Under the pieces are notes generated by a model. The model saw nothing but the letters and a program-made list of their open reading frames with translations. It did not search any database and was not told the DNA's origin. A program made the position numbers and the translations under genes. Positions 47,496 through 57,139 of a DNA stretch of 64,000 bases are shown here, in pieces. Within the stretch, counting starts at the first letter, position 1, and each line of letters starts with the position of its first letter. The DNA lies in NCBI GenBank assembly GCA_046707905.1, contig JBKKDM010000177.1, positions 80,877 through 144,876 of the forward strand. Direction: 5' to 3'. The stretch is from Candidatus Limnocylindrales bacterium. Lineage in GTDB: Bacteria > Chloroflexota > Limnocylindria > Limnocylindrales > CSP1-4.

Positions 47496-48080
47496 CTAGT
47501 TGCGGAAGACCGAGCTGAATGTGTCGTTGAATGACCCAAGCGAGCCGAACGCGCTATTGCAACAGAACGTGAACCGCGTGCCGCTATAGAGCCAATTCGT
47601 CCAGAACACGCCGCTCTCGCCGTTCTTGACCACGAATGAACTGATCCTGTCATTCCACCCAATCAGGGAGAGCATCGAGTAGTCCTGCGCCATGTGCATG
47701 AATGCACCTTGGTAAAAGGTGAATTCGTACACCGTCGCATAGGTGACGCCAGCGGCGGCGAGCGAGCTATCAGTAGATCGCAGTGCACTGGTTCCGCTTT
47801 TGGCTAGCGTGGGCGCATCTGCGAGAGCATCGGGGTTCGAATAGCAGTGAATCGCGGGGAAGTCGAAGTCGTGGCAATACCACTTGCCAACATCCACCAG
47901 ATCGATAGGCTGGCCGTCGAGATCGGCGTGCAGCTCCGTCTGGAGGCTTCGCATCGGTCGATCATTGCGGCCTTCGTGCGATGCCGAGCTGGCGGGCGGC
48001 TTGATGGCTGTGGCAAGGGCGATGCCGACGGCCAAGAGCAGCCCCGAGCGCCATGCTCGCTCAGACAAGAGCCTCCCCAC
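47496..48080 (-). CDS. Secreted hypothetical protein
   Basis: Signal peptide (WRSGLLLAVGIALATAIKPPASSASHEG). Cys-containing, aromatic-rich mature domain. Confidence 0.5.
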   Translation of the reverse strand: MGRLLSERAWRSGLLLAVGIALATAIKPPASSASHEGRNDRPMRSLQTELHADLDGQPIDLVDVGKWYCHDFDFPAIHCYSNPDALADAPTLAKSGTSALRSTDSSLAAAGVTYATVYEFTFYQGAFMHMAQDYSMLSLIGWNDRISSFVVKNGESGVFWTNWLYSGTRFTFCCNSAFGSLGSFNDTFSSVFRN

Positions 48081-48127
48081 CTCGAACCTCCCTCCAAGGT
48101 TGCCCCGGTGCGTAGGCTTCTGAGGCT

Positions 48128-49705
48128 ATGGAAGGCTATGGGCGAGCGGAATTGGGGAGTTCCCAAAGGTTGGGCAAGGGTTTTCCCCACTTGAAGCTCG
48201 ACGAGGTCGAAATCACGCTTCGACGAACGGCTCTCGCGGCCTGCGCGTTGACCGCGTTCTTGACCGCGATAGTCGCGACCACAGCCGCCATCGAGGGCCG
48301 CGCGGATGCAGGTGTCGTTGTCGACTCGTCCGGGACGGTGGTCAGTGTTTCGCACACCGGCTTCGCTTGGCGAGATGGCATTCGACCCGGGCAGCATGTC
48401 GTGGTCGCCAGTCGATCCGACGCCGATGGCGGCTGGTCGATGGTCACCGATGGTCCCGCTGGCCGGATTACGTCGCGCGAGGCGCCAATCGTCACCGCGC
48501 TCCGGGAGACACTTCCATTCGCATTGGTGGGCCTCGCCGCAGGGAGCCTGGCCTTCGGGTTCCTCCGGATCAACCGCGAATGGGCCTTGCCTTCGGCCTG
48601 CCTCGCCCTCGTCTGCGCCTCAGTCCCGCTGCTCCTGGCCAACCAGCTCTGGTCAATGCCAGCCGTGGTTCTCGCGTCCGCGGCGCCAGCGGCGTGGGCG
48701 AGTTGGCGGTCGCGACGAACCCCGATTCTTGCGACCTCGATCGCTCTCGGGTCGGCGGCACTCCTCGCCGCTTGGCTTTCCGCCTACGTCAGCGGGGATC
48801 CTGCCGACGAACTCGACCAGGGACGGCGCCTCCTCGCGCTCGGCGGCACTGGCTATCTGATGGTGGAGCGAGTGGTGCAGAACCTGCCGGGCAAGGCTAT
48901 GCGTCTCACCTCCGTTCACGCAGTCCGGGTGATCGGAACGGCGGTGTTCATCGTGGCTGGGTTAGGCCTAATCTATTTCGCGGCCTTCCCGGCGCCAGTA
49001 ATCGCGATCGCGCTCGTTCTCGGCCTCCTGGCCGTGCCGCCGCTCCGAATGGCGCTCGGACGACGCGTTGAACTTGCCCTTCTGGCAGACCTGCGCGACC
49101 ACGTCGCGGCTGATGTCGCGGAAGAGGAGCGGGGCCGGTTGGCCCGCGAGCTGCATGACGCGCCGCTTCAGGAGCTCTCCGCCGTCATTCGGCGGCTTGA
49201 ACTCGTGCCCGAAGCAAGCTCCGAAACGACCGCCCTGCGAGTCGTCGCCGACCAACTTCGATCCGTGGCAGTTGGGCTGCATCCCCCGATGCTCGACGAC
49301 CTTGGCCTCGGCCCTGCCCTCGACTTCCTCGCAGAGCAACTAACCTGCGAGGAGACGGCTGTTGCGGTCGCGGTAAGCGATGCGACCGGTTTGGACGCCG
49401 GTAGCCGGCCGCCCAAATCGGTGGAATTCGCTCTTTACCGAATCGCCCGTGAGGCCGTGACCAACGCGCTCCAGCACGCGGATGCGAGGAATATCACGAT
49501 TGGGGGCCGGATCGGTCGAGACTCAATCGATCTCCTCGTTGTCGACGATGGCCGCGGTCTCGTCGATGGCGCCAGCCACGAGGCCATCGGCCGGGGTCGA
49601 TTCGGTCTCGCATCGATGCGCCGGCGTGCGAACTCGATCGGGGCCGAGTTGTCTCTCCAGGGCACCCGAGCCGGTACGAGGGTAGCCGTCGCTTGGCGCC
49701 GGTGA
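48128..49705 (+). CDS. Sensor histidine kinase, NarX/NarL-type (HisKA_3 plus HATPase_c), multi-TM sensor
   Basis: H-box RELHDAPLQELSAV. ATPase motifs AVTNALQHADARN and VVDDGRGL. Five to six TM segments in the N-terminus. True start probably downstream of the 20-nt motif at 48175. Confidence 0.75.
   Translation: MEGYGRAELGSSQRLGKGFPHLKLDEVEITLRRTALAACALTAFLTAIVATTAAIEGRADAGVVVDSSGTVVSVSHTGFAWRDGIRPGQHVVVASRSDADGGWSMVTDGPAGRITSREAPIVTALRETLPFALVGLAAGSLAFGFLRINREWALPSACLALVCASVPLLLANQLWSMPAVVLASAAPAAWASWRSRRTPILATSIALGSAALLAAWLSAYVSGDPADELDQGRRLLALGGTGYLMVERVVQNLPGKAMRLTSVHAVRVIGTAVFIVAGLGLIYFAAFPAPVIAIALVLGLLAVPPLRMALGRRVELALLADLRDHVAADVAEEERGRLARELHDAPLQELSAVIRRLELVPEASSETTALRVVADQLRSVAVGLHPPMLDDLGLGPALDFLAEQLTCEETAVAVAVSDATGLDAGSRPPKSVEFALYRIAREAVTNALQHADARNITIGGRIGRDSIDLLVVDDGRGLVDGASHEAIGRGRFGLASMRRRANSIGAELSLQGTRAGTRVAVAWRR
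48149..48193 (+). promoter_or_regulatory. Inverted pair of motif copies (GAATTGGGGAGTTCCC ... CAAGGGTTTTCCCCACTTG)
   Basis: Lies in the 5' region of the histidine kinase gene. Confidence 0.35.
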
Positions 49706-50322
49706 TCCGGATCGCAATCGTTGACGACCACCCCATCGTTCTGCATGGCCTGCGTACCGCGCTATCAACCGTCGATGACTTCGAGATTACGGCGAGCGGC
49801 GGGACGCTTGCGGAAGCTCGCGAGATTGCCGATCGCTCCGACGTCGAGGTGCTCCTGCTCGATATCCGCCTTCCGGACGGAAACGGGCTCGAGCTTCTGA
49901 GCGAGATTTCGCGTCGCGGTCGACCGGCCGTCCTTGTCCTGTCGACCTTCCGGTCACGCCAGTACGTCGCCGCTGCATTGCGCTTCGGCGCGAACGGGTT
50001 CCTTCTCAAGACCACCCCGCTCAAGGAACTGATTGCCGCAATTCGATCGATCGCTGACGGCGGGACAGCGTTCAGTAATGAGCAGATCCGGGAAGGTCAG
50101 GGCGGCTTCGTGAAATTGACGGATCGTGAGCGGGACATCGTGCGTTTGGTTCTGGAGGGAAAGTCGAACGACGAGATTGCCGTAGTGCTCAGCACGTCGC
50201 GGAAGACGGTGGAGTATCACCTCTCGAGAATGTATGAACGGTTCGGGATCATGACCCGGGTCGAACTCGCGCTACGGGCTGATCACGATGGCTGGCTCGA
50301 CATCAAGCAGGAGGCCACGTAG
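49693..50322 (+). CDS. Response regulator, NarL/FixJ (LuxR-type HTH) family
   Basis: Receiver IRIAIVDDHPIVLHGLRTAL...VLLLDIRLPDGNGLELL. LuxR HTH LTDRERDIVRLVLEGKSNDEIAVVLSTSRKTVEYHLSRMYERFG. Confidence 0.85.
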   Translation: MAPVIRIAIVDDHPIVLHGLRTALSTVDDFEITASGGTLAEAREIADRSDVEVLLLDIRLPDGNGLELLSEISRRGRPAVLVLSTFRSRQYVAAALRFGANGFLLKTTPLKELIAAIRSIADGGTAFSNEQIREGQGGFVKLTDRERDIVRLVLEGKSNDEIAVVLSTSRKTVEYHLSRMYERFGIMTRVELALRADHDGWLDIKQEAT

Positions 50323-50401
50323 CCACGAGGCCAACCCGCCTAGGTGATTTTCGAAACATTCGGAACGTATCCCGCCGCCCGCCGAGGCCCGTTGGCGCCG
50401 G

Positions 50402-50427
50402 CCTAGGGTTCTCCCCAATTGCCCTAG
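50402..50427 (+). promoter_or_regulatory. Conserved 20-nt motif copy (CCTAGGGTTCTCCCCAATTG, flanked by the CTAGGG/CCCTAG palindrome)
   Basis: 77 nt upstream of membrane-protein gene 50479. GCGACGAT follows 19 nt downstream. Confidence 0.45.
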
Positions 50428-50478
50428 CAGGGAACAATCGCGACGATCTCGAGAACCGGTCGACCGCTCGAGCGAGAA

Positions 50479-51945
50479 TTGGGGATCGGCTCGCCATGGG
50501 AGGGCCAGGGCGTGACGGCGAGTTCGCTAGCAAGGACTGTGGCCGGGGCTATCTACCCCGCGCTTGGGGTCATCACCGCTCTGGAGCTGTGGTTGTGGGC
50601 GAGGGTCGCGGCCGGAGATGTCGAGGCCGCAACGCCTGAGCTCCTGACGGACGGCGCCTTCTTTCTCATCGTCATCGGAACGATCGCTGCCGGGCGCGGC
50701 CTGGCGCAAGCACGATGGGGCGAGGCCTATCTAGGCGCATTACTTGCGACGGGGCCGGTGGTTCCCTTCCTGGTGAGCCTCGGAGTGCTTCTTCTCTATC
50801 TCCGTCAAGGGCCGGGCGACCACGCGAGTGCGGTGTACGTCGGCTTGGCGGCAGGCCTGGGAGCATGGATCTTCGGAGCCCCGCTCTTCCAGTGGATGGC
50901 CCGCGCCGATACCGCCCAGTCGCGGAGCTACGGCGATCTCGTGATGCGAACCCGCCGGGCTGCCGAGCGATTGGCCCGCATCGAGGCCGCCGGGGTGAGG
51001 CCAATCGATGGGTCGGTCGGCATCATCCGGACCGATCTGCAGTACCTCCAGGGGGAGCTCGGCCTCTCACCAGGGACGAACATTGGCGCGGGCCTCCGGT
51101 ACGCCAGTGCCGTCGGCTACATGAATCTGTGGCGGGCCGTGCACCGTGTCGAAGAGCGGCTCCTGACAATGGAGTCACTGCCCGAGCTGTTCGGCGCCGC
51201 GCTCTACAACTCGTTGCGCTTGCGCGGTGTGCCCAACGGGACGCTTCTAACCAAGAAGCTCCATGGGGCGTTGGCGACCTTCGGGCCGGCCGCCAAGCCC
51301 GCTATCTGCGACCAAGATGTTCAGCCACAAGACGATCCGACAGCGCACGAGACGGCGAGGGCCGTGATCAGCGAGGTTGTGCACGCGCTCAACGTCTACC
51401 TCGACGACTCGTGGGAGCGGCTGATACGCCAGCGGAACCGCCTCCTTCGGACGATTCTCGTAACGTCCACCGTCGGCTTGCTCCTGATCTCGCTCGCCGT
51501 CCTGTTCCATGTGCCCAAGTCGGCGCTGGGAGCGGCAGGCCTCTTCTACCTTGTTGGCGCGCTCGTCGGGCTCTTCGCCCAGCTTCGCGTCGAAACGCGC
51601 GCCGGGCTGGCCGTGGACGACTATGGTCTCTTTGAGGCCAGGCTGCTGGCAACGCCACTTCTCTCTGGGCTGGCTGCCGTTGCCGGTGTGGTGCTCGTGG
51701 CGTTCACGCCGGGACTCGCTGGACTGGGTGCTGATGCCGCGAAGACGACGGTGCACCTTGCCGCTGCGCTGTCGCTGGAGGACAACCCCGGCGGATTGGT
51801 TGCGGCAGCGATCTTCGGCTTGACCCCGCAGCTCTTGATTGGCTGGCTAAGCAAGCAGGCGGACGACGAAATGACTCGCCTGAAGAATGTAAATGCGGGC
51901 GAGAAGTCAGCGCCACGACAGGACGAAGAGTCGGCAGCGACATAG
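50479..51945 (+). CDS. Polytopic membrane hypothetical protein
   Basis: At least 8 hydrophobic helices. The 20-nt motif lies 77 nt upstream. Alternative TTG/GTG starts. Confidence 0.5.
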   Translation: MGIGSPWEGQGVTASSLARTVAGAIYPALGVITALELWLWARVAAGDVEAATPELLTDGAFFLIVIGTIAAGRGLAQARWGEAYLGALLATGPVVPFLVSLGVLLLYLRQGPGDHASAVYVGLAAGLGAWIFGAPLFQWMARADTAQSRSYGDLVMRTRRAAERLARIEAAGVRPIDGSVGIIRTDLQYLQGELGLSPGTNIGAGLRYASAVGYMNLWRAVHRVEERLLTMESLPELFGAALYNSLRLRGVPNGTLLTKKLHGALATFGPAAKPAICDQDVQPQDDPTAHETARAVISEVVHALNVYLDDSWERLIRQRNRLLRTILVTSTVGLLLISLAVLFHVPKSALGAAGLFYLVGALVGLFAQLRVETRAGLAVDDYGLFEARLLATPLLSGLAAVAGVVLVAFTPGLAGLGADAAKTTVHLAAALSLEDNPGGLVAAAIFGLTPQLLIGWLSKQADDEMTRLKNVNAGEKSAPRQDEESAAT

Positions 51946-51958
51946 CGCGTAGCGCAGG

Positions 51959-51977
51959 CCCGGGTTTTCCCCAGTTG
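51959..51977 (+). promoter_or_regulatory. Conserved 20-nt motif copy (CCCGGGTTTTCCCCAGTTG)
   Basis: 112 nt upstream of the DUF4157-M14-M15 cargo gene. Confidence 0.4.
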
Positions 51978-52070
51978 CGAGAGGGCGCATAACGGCTCAG
52001 TCTGAGTTCCGCACACCGCGCCGGTAGCCCATCGACCCGAGCCACCTCCCGGGCGGCCTTTGGATCGCCG

Positions 52071-54350
52071 ATGCCCACATTCCAGACAGCTCGCGGAAAC
52101 CTCACAGCGGCAGGGCGGCAAGTCCCCTCCGAGGTTCGTGGGCTGCGCGTTTCAAGAGTCGGTGACGCTGCAGAGACATCGGCGGAGGCGGCCGGGTCGC
52201 TTCCACCACTCGAACGTCCGAAAAACCAGCGGGAGACCCTGCCACGAGCCCCCAGCCGATATGCCCCCTCGTGGTTGGGTCCTGGCCAGCCTCTTGACCC
52301 AGCGCTCCGGCGACGATTCGAGGCGCGGCTTGACCATTCCTTCGCGGACATCCGTATCCACGACGACACCAGGGCGAATGCTTCTGCGATCGCGCTTCAG
52401 GCCCGCGCGTACGCAGTAGGCCGCCACGTTGCTTTCGCCCCCGGGTACTACGAGCCGACAACCGAAGCCGGATTCGCTCTGCTCGGTCATGAGCTCGCAC
52501 ATGTCCGGCGCCAGGCAGGCGAAGGCACTGCGATCGACCGGGCACCGATGCGCGATGCTGAGCTCGCGCGGCTGGATCGCGAGCTCGCCGCAGGTGTTCC
52601 GCTCACCCAGTCAAACGGCGAGATCGGTGCAGCTGCTGATGCTGGGACCACGGTTCCACCCGGCGAAGACACGAGCCTGCCAATCGTGATGCGCGTCTAT
52701 CGCGCTGCCGCGGCGCTCATTCCGACGACTGGGACGCCCGCGGTCCCGTCTGCGCCTTCGGCACCTGCTCCGCCGCCTGGGCCTGCCGGCACGCGCAGCG
52801 ACGCCGGTGTCCCATACAGCGACGCCGCTCCTACCGACGGGCCGCCGGTCGCCGCGATGCCGGCCGAAGCACCGACTGCCGTTGGCCCGACGTCGTCTTC
52901 GCCGCCTCCGGCCAAAACCCCTCCGACTCCTCCACCTCAGCGCGCTCTTGTGGTTGGCGGCGTCCACGGTGACGAGCGCGGACCCCTGCAGCTGGTCGAT
53001 GCCCTCGATCGCGAACTAGCGGCCGGCGCCCGCCGGGACTTCGATACGTTTGTCATTCCCCGGATGAATCCATGGGGAGTCGCCAACGGCGCGCGCGAAA
53101 ACCGCCGCGGTGTGGACCTCAACCGCAACTTCCCAGGCCTCCGCGGGTTTCCCGCCGCCGCCGGACCAGTCCCGGCCGAGCAACCGGAGGTTCGGGCGGT
53201 TCGCCGGGTCATCGAAATCCTTCGGCCGGTGCGGATCCTGGCGCTTCACGCGATTGGCGGCGCCGAGAAAGGAGGCGTCTTTGCCGATCCCGTCGAGGGT
53301 GCCGCCCGAGATCTGGCCGCTCGAATGGCGTACGCGATGGGCCCCGCGAATGTCCGGGGCAACGTCCTCCGAAATGGTGCCTTTAGCGCCCGGTACCCAG
53401 AGTCCGCGTCGGTCAGCGTCACGACATCGCAGAGCAGCCTTGGCGCATGGGCATCGGCACCGACAGCCGTCGGTGGACGGGGAACTGCCGTGATTACACA
53501 CGAAGTGCCCGACAAGCCAGCCCTGGCCGCAACCGGTTCCCGCTCAGTGGCGAGCATCATGCCGGGTCTTCGCGAGTTCCTCGTCAGCAACGGAGGTGCG
53601 GCATCGGCCGCCGATGGCGCCCTCCGGGCGGCGGTCACCGACGCCTTCCTCACGGGCGAGCAGACGACTCCTGCTGAAGCCAGGCTACTTGCCGACATCA
53701 GCGGCGTCGTCAACAGTCGCTTTGCCGACATGGCGGCCCACTACAGCGCCGTTTGGCTACCAGCAAATCGCGGTCCTGGACTGCCGCCCAGACTCTCGAT
53801 CGTCGGAGGCCAAGGCGTCCGCCGTTTCCCGGACCAGGCGGCGATCGTCCGGGGTCAGCTCGGGGCGCTGACCGCCACGAGCGCGGACGCGCAGATCCGC
53901 GCCGAGATCGAACGCGTTCTCACAACCCGGTCCATGCCGGGCTTCTCGCGCCATCACTGGGGAACGGACATCGACATCGTCTCGGCGGACCGTGTGCGCT
54001 GGACCGGTACCGGGGACCTGGTCGCGCTGATCCCGTTCATTCGCGATCACGCACCCCGGTTCGGCTTCTTCAATCCGTATGCAGGCCCGAGCGGCACGCC
54101 CGCTAGTGGCGGGTTCCCGAGTCCGGCAGCCCCCCACTACCTGGAGGAGCCGTGGCATCTCTCCTACGCCCCGATCGCCACGGTGTTGCAAGCCGAATGG
54201 GCGCGTCGAATCACCGGAGCTGTGCTTGACGGCTTGGTAACACGGACAGCCGCGGCCATCCGCGGGCCCATCCCGCAGGCGACCATGGAGCGCGTGCTTC
54301 GTGGTATGGGCTTGACGAGCTATCAGACCAACGTGGCGTCGCCTCCGTAG
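52071..54350 (+). CDS. DUF4157-domain cargo protein fused to M14 zinc-carboxypeptidase-like and M15 (VanY / D,D-peptidase-like) domains: putative peptidoglycan-hydrolysing eCIS effector (candidate 3)
   Basis: DUF4157 signature LDPALRRRFEARLDHSFADIRIHDD...ARAYAVGRHVAFAPG...LLGHELAHVRRQ. M14 motifs VVGGVHGDERGPLQ (HxxE), IPRMNPWG, GVDLNRNFPG. M15-like SRHHWGTDIDIVS. Pro/Ala-rich linker between the domains. Confidence 0.8.
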   Translation: MPTFQTARGNLTAAGRQVPSEVRGLRVSRVGDAAETSAEAAGSLPPLERPKNQRETLPRAPSRYAPSWLGPGQPLDPALRRRFEARLDHSFADIRIHDDTRANASAIALQARAYAVGRHVAFAPGYYEPTTEAGFALLGHELAHVRRQAGEGTAIDRAPMRDAELARLDRELAAGVPLTQSNGEIGAAADAGTTVPPGEDTSLPIVMRVYRAAAALIPTTGTPAVPSAPSAPAPPPGPAGTRSDAGVPYSDAAPTDGPPVAAMPAEAPTAVGPTSSSPPPAKTPPTPPPQRALVVGGVHGDERGPLQLVDALDRELAAGARRDFDTFVIPRMNPWGVANGARENRRGVDLNRNFPGLRGFPAAAGPVPAEQPEVRAVRRVIEILRPVRILALHAIGGAEKGGVFADPVEGAARDLAARMAYAMGPANVRGNVLRNGAFSARYPESASVSVTTSQSSLGAWASAPTAVGGRGTAVITHEVPDKPALAATGSRSVASIMPGLREFLVSNGGAASAADGALRAAVTDAFLTGEQTTPAEARLLADISGVVNSRFADMAAHYSAVWLPANRGPGLPPRLSIVGGQGVRRFPDQAAIVRGQLGALTATSADAQIRAEIERVLTTRSMPGFSRHHWGTDIDIVSADRVRWTGTGDLVALIPFIRDHAPRFGFFNPYAGPSGTPASGGFPSPAAPHYLEEPWHLSYAPIATVLQAEWARRITGAVLDGLVTRTAAAIRGPIPQATMERVLRGMGLTSYQTNVASPP

Positions 54351-54415
54351 GGATGGCGCGCGGCCACCCATCGCCTCTCCGGCCCGTCAGGGTGTCTGGA
54401 AGTGCGCCGGGCAGT

Positions 54416-54435
54416 CCTAGGGAACTCCCCGATTG
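54416..54435 (+). promoter_or_regulatory. Conserved 20-nt motif copy (CCTAGGGAACTCCCCGATTG)
   Basis: 94 nt upstream of four-TM protein gene. GCGACGAT follows 17 nt downstream. Confidence 0.45.
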
Positions 54436-54509
54436 TCACGGCGACGCCCGAGCGCGACGATGCGTAGGCGCCCTACGCACCTGGGCGATCGCAAGTTGGA
54501 GGCGCCGTC

Positions 54510-55283
54510 GTGACCGATCAGCCGACGCGTGATCCCCAGGTTACGGCGAACTCCGCTCGAATTCGAGCGCGGAGCTATCTGAACGTCGAGATGCTCCTCC
54601 TCGGCGTTTCGGTGGTGCTCCTTGGCGGGGCTGCGATCCTGCTCGCCCACTACGGGTTCACGTCTCGACCCGAAGTCGTGACGACGATGGTGATTCTCCT
54701 CGGAATCGTCGTCCTCCTGGTGGCGATCGGTGCGTTCGTCGCACTGCTCCGCGGATTTGACCTTGCCGACCGCAGGTACGCCCTCGGTCTCCCTGACGGA
54801 AGCGTTCGGGCGATCCTCGCACTCGGGCTTCTCCTCGTTTTCGCCATGATCTCCGTGTTCCTCTATTGGGACGCCGCGCACCCGCCGCTGCTGCAGTCTG
54901 TTGGCATCACCGCCGAGCAGTTGGCCAAATTCGAGGACGGCACCATCATCGCGATTGAGCCCGGTCCTACCGTGGGCACCTTTAACGTTCGAACGGTCGC
55001 GACGAATGCCAATGCCCAGCAGCTAGGACAGCAACTGGTGACACTCCTTGGCACCCTCGTGACAGCGATCGCCGCCTTCTACTTCGGCGCGACCTCCGTT
55101 GCCTCGGCGACGAGCACTTCGCGCGAAGGCGCGACGTCCGACGGCGAGCGGCCATTGGGGAAGACAGACCCCTCCGAGGCTAGCGAGGGCCAGGGGGAAA
55201 TGTCGCAATCCGAACTGGCTGCCGCTCGCCGGGCTGAACTCAAGAAGCAGGTGCCGAAGGTCCCGCCGCTGCGGCAGGAGTAG
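54510..55283 (+). CDS. Four-TM membrane protein (candidate immunity protein for cargo 3)
   Basis: GTG start with the 20-nt motif 94 nt upstream. TM helices MLLLGVSVVLLGGAAILLA, VVTTMVILLGIVVLLVAIGAFVALL, ILALGLLLVFAMISVFLYW and LVTLLGTLVTAIAAFYFG. Confidence 0.5.
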   Translation: MTDQPTRDPQVTANSARIRARSYLNVEMLLLGVSVVLLGGAAILLAHYGFTSRPEVVTTMVILLGIVVLLVAIGAFVALLRGFDLADRRYALGLPDGSVRAILALGLLLVFAMISVFLYWDAAHPPLLQSVGITAEQLAKFEDGTIIAIEPGPTVGTFNVRTVATNANAQQLGQQLVTLLGTLVTAIAAFYFGATSVASATSTSREGATSDGERPLGKTDPSEASEGQGEMSQSELAAARRAELKKQVPKVPPLRQE

Positions 55284-55342
55284 GAGTGGACTGCACACCG
55301 TGATGGGGGCGATGACGTCCACGCCGTGGCTCCCGTGGCAGC

Positions 55343-57139
55343 TTGATGTTTGACGCGATACGTCGGCCGGTATCTGGCCTCTCGGCTGTTGGATTCGCTC
55401 CGTCACCTCGTCGCGGAACGCCCATTCCCGATGCGCTGCGATTGTCGATGGAGGCGTCTTTCGGGCACAGCTTCGCCAACGTTCGCGTCCACGAGGGCCC
55501 CGAAGCTCGGCGAGCGGCGGCATCCATCGGGGCCGCGGCGTTCACGACCGGCGACGACGTTGCGATCGGGGCGGGCCAAGCGCTCGACAGCCCTATGGGG
55601 CACAGACTCGTAGCCCATGAGCTCGGCCATGTCCTGCAGCATCGACGTCATCCGCGCCTGGTTGAACACGCGCGCGTGTCCGGACGCGGTGGTGCCGCCG
55701 AACGCGAGGCCACGTCCCTTGCCGTCGCAGCCTTCCCCCATCCGTTGGCGCGCCGACGTGGCGCCCGGTCGCCAGTCCGCCTCGAAGCCGTCGAGATCGG
55801 CGCAGGAGTCGATCGGCAGGATCTCGACGCTGGAGTTGGGGGCGCGGGTCCAGCGCCGCCCGCTACCACTCCCTCTCCAGGCGCCTCGGCGAGCGATGTC
55901 GCCGTGCTGGTCAAGGCATGGCTTGATTACGCCGTGCCGGGAGTGGCAGCTGGGATCGGCGATCCCGATCGGGCCTACGCCATCCTTCGAAGTCTCGACT
56001 CAGACAAGCTCCTTGCGGTGCTTGGGGAGCTGGATCGGCTTGCTTACCTCGCCGTCCTCGAAGGCTACAGCGGTGCAGGGCGGGCGGATCCGCGAACCGA
56101 GCCCTTCTTCCTGGCGGTGAAGTATCGCGAGCACGACTTGGCTGATGCCGATCGAGCTCGTGGACCCTCCAAGATCTCCAGCCTCGATCCGGGCGACCAA
56201 GCCGCTGTTCGCAGGTATCTTGCCCCGCTCGGACAGCACCGGGTCGAAATGTTCGTCAGTGGAGCAGACGCCGAATCGACCCGACTCGCGGGTCTCACCC
56301 TCGACGCGCTCGAGGCGAAGCGGAAGGCGGCGGAGGCGCAGGCGAAGGTGGAGGCCGACGCGGCCGCCAAGGCTGCCGGCAAGGCCCCGCCGGCGACGGC
56401 TCCTAAGGTCGACCTGGGAACGGTCGTTGCAAAGGATGTCGACAAGCTCAAGATCCAACCGCTCGCCACCGACGCTTGGACCAAGCTCCCGGACCCGACG
56501 AAAGCCGATTGGACGAACCGCCGGGCGCCGGCGGCGATCGCGGCGATCATGGCGAGCATCAAGGGCACGCCGCTAGAGGCCACGATGACAGGGCATTCCA
56601 TCGTGTTTGAACCACTGAAGATGCTGGAGCGCGGCGGCTATGCCTACCAGGATGGTCCGAACCTGGTCGGGGGCACGGCGTTCATCGCAGACGCCGAACG
56701 CGACCCGAAGAGCGTGTGGGGGATTCTGGCCCACGAGATCGGCGGCCACTTCGAGTACGGGACCACCTACGCGGACGCCATTGCGAAGAAGGTCCTGGCG
56801 AGGCTGCCCGAGACCGACCGTAAGCGCTACTCGGAGACGAAAGAGGGCCGGGCTGCCTTCTTCGACACGTACATCTACTCCGAGACCGAGATTTTCTCTG
56901 CCCTGCGCCAACGCCAATACGATGTTCCAGTCAGTGGCCCCGCACCAAGCCATGGCGCGATCAAGCCCGACGCCAATATTGCTGGACGCCTCGACACCTT
57001 GGCCGCCGCATATCCCCCCCACGTCGTCAACGCGATCCTTATCGAGCTGAATCGCCGCGTCCAGGCAAGTTCCAACATCCTTGATCGCGACAAGGCGTAC
57101 TTCGTCGCGGAAGCGAAGAAGCGGGGGCATCCCCTTTGA
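55343..57139 (+). CDS. DUF4157-domain protein (eCIS cargo/toxin candidate 4) with C-terminal HEIGGH zincin-like motif
   Basis: DUF4157 signature LRLSMEASFGHSFANVRVHEGPEARRAAASIGAAAFTTGDDVAIG...LVAHELGHVLQH. Coiled-coil (EAKRKAAEAQAKVEADAAAKAAGKA). C-terminal ILAHEIGGHFEYG. Confidence 0.75.
   Translation: MMFDAIRRPVSGLSAVGFAPSPRRGTPIPDALRLSMEASFGHSFANVRVHEGPEARRAAASIGAAAFTTGDDVAIGAGQALDSPMGHRLVAHELGHVLQHRRHPRLVEHARVSGRGGAAEREATSLAVAAFPHPLARRRGARSPVRLEAVEIGAGVDRQDLDAGVGGAGPAPPATTPSPGASASDVAVLVKAWLDYAVPGVAAGIGDPDRAYAILRSLDSDKLLAVLGELDRLAYLAVLEGYSGAGRADPRTEPFFLAVKYREHDLADADRARGPSKISSLDPGDQAAVRRYLAPLGQHRVEMFVSGADAESTRLAGLTLDALEAKRKAAEAQAKVEADAAAKAAGKAPPATAPKVDLGTVVAKDVDKLKIQPLATDAWTKLPDPTKADWTNRRAPAAIAAIMASIKGTPLEATMTGHSIVFEPLKMLERGGYAYQDGPNLVGGTAFIADAERDPKSVWGILAHEIGGHFEYGTTYADAIAKKVLARLPETDRKRYSETKEGRAAFFDTYIYSETEIFSALRQRQYDVPVSGPAPSHGAIKPDANIAGRLDTLAAAYPPHVVNAILIELNRRVQASSNILDRDKAYFVAEAKKRGHPL

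Noticed and set aside
50474-50490. Partial reverse motif copy GAGAATTGGGGATCGGC overlapping the 50479 start
   Set aside because: Only the CCCCAATT core matches, and it overlaps the putative start codon. Not counted as a motif instance.
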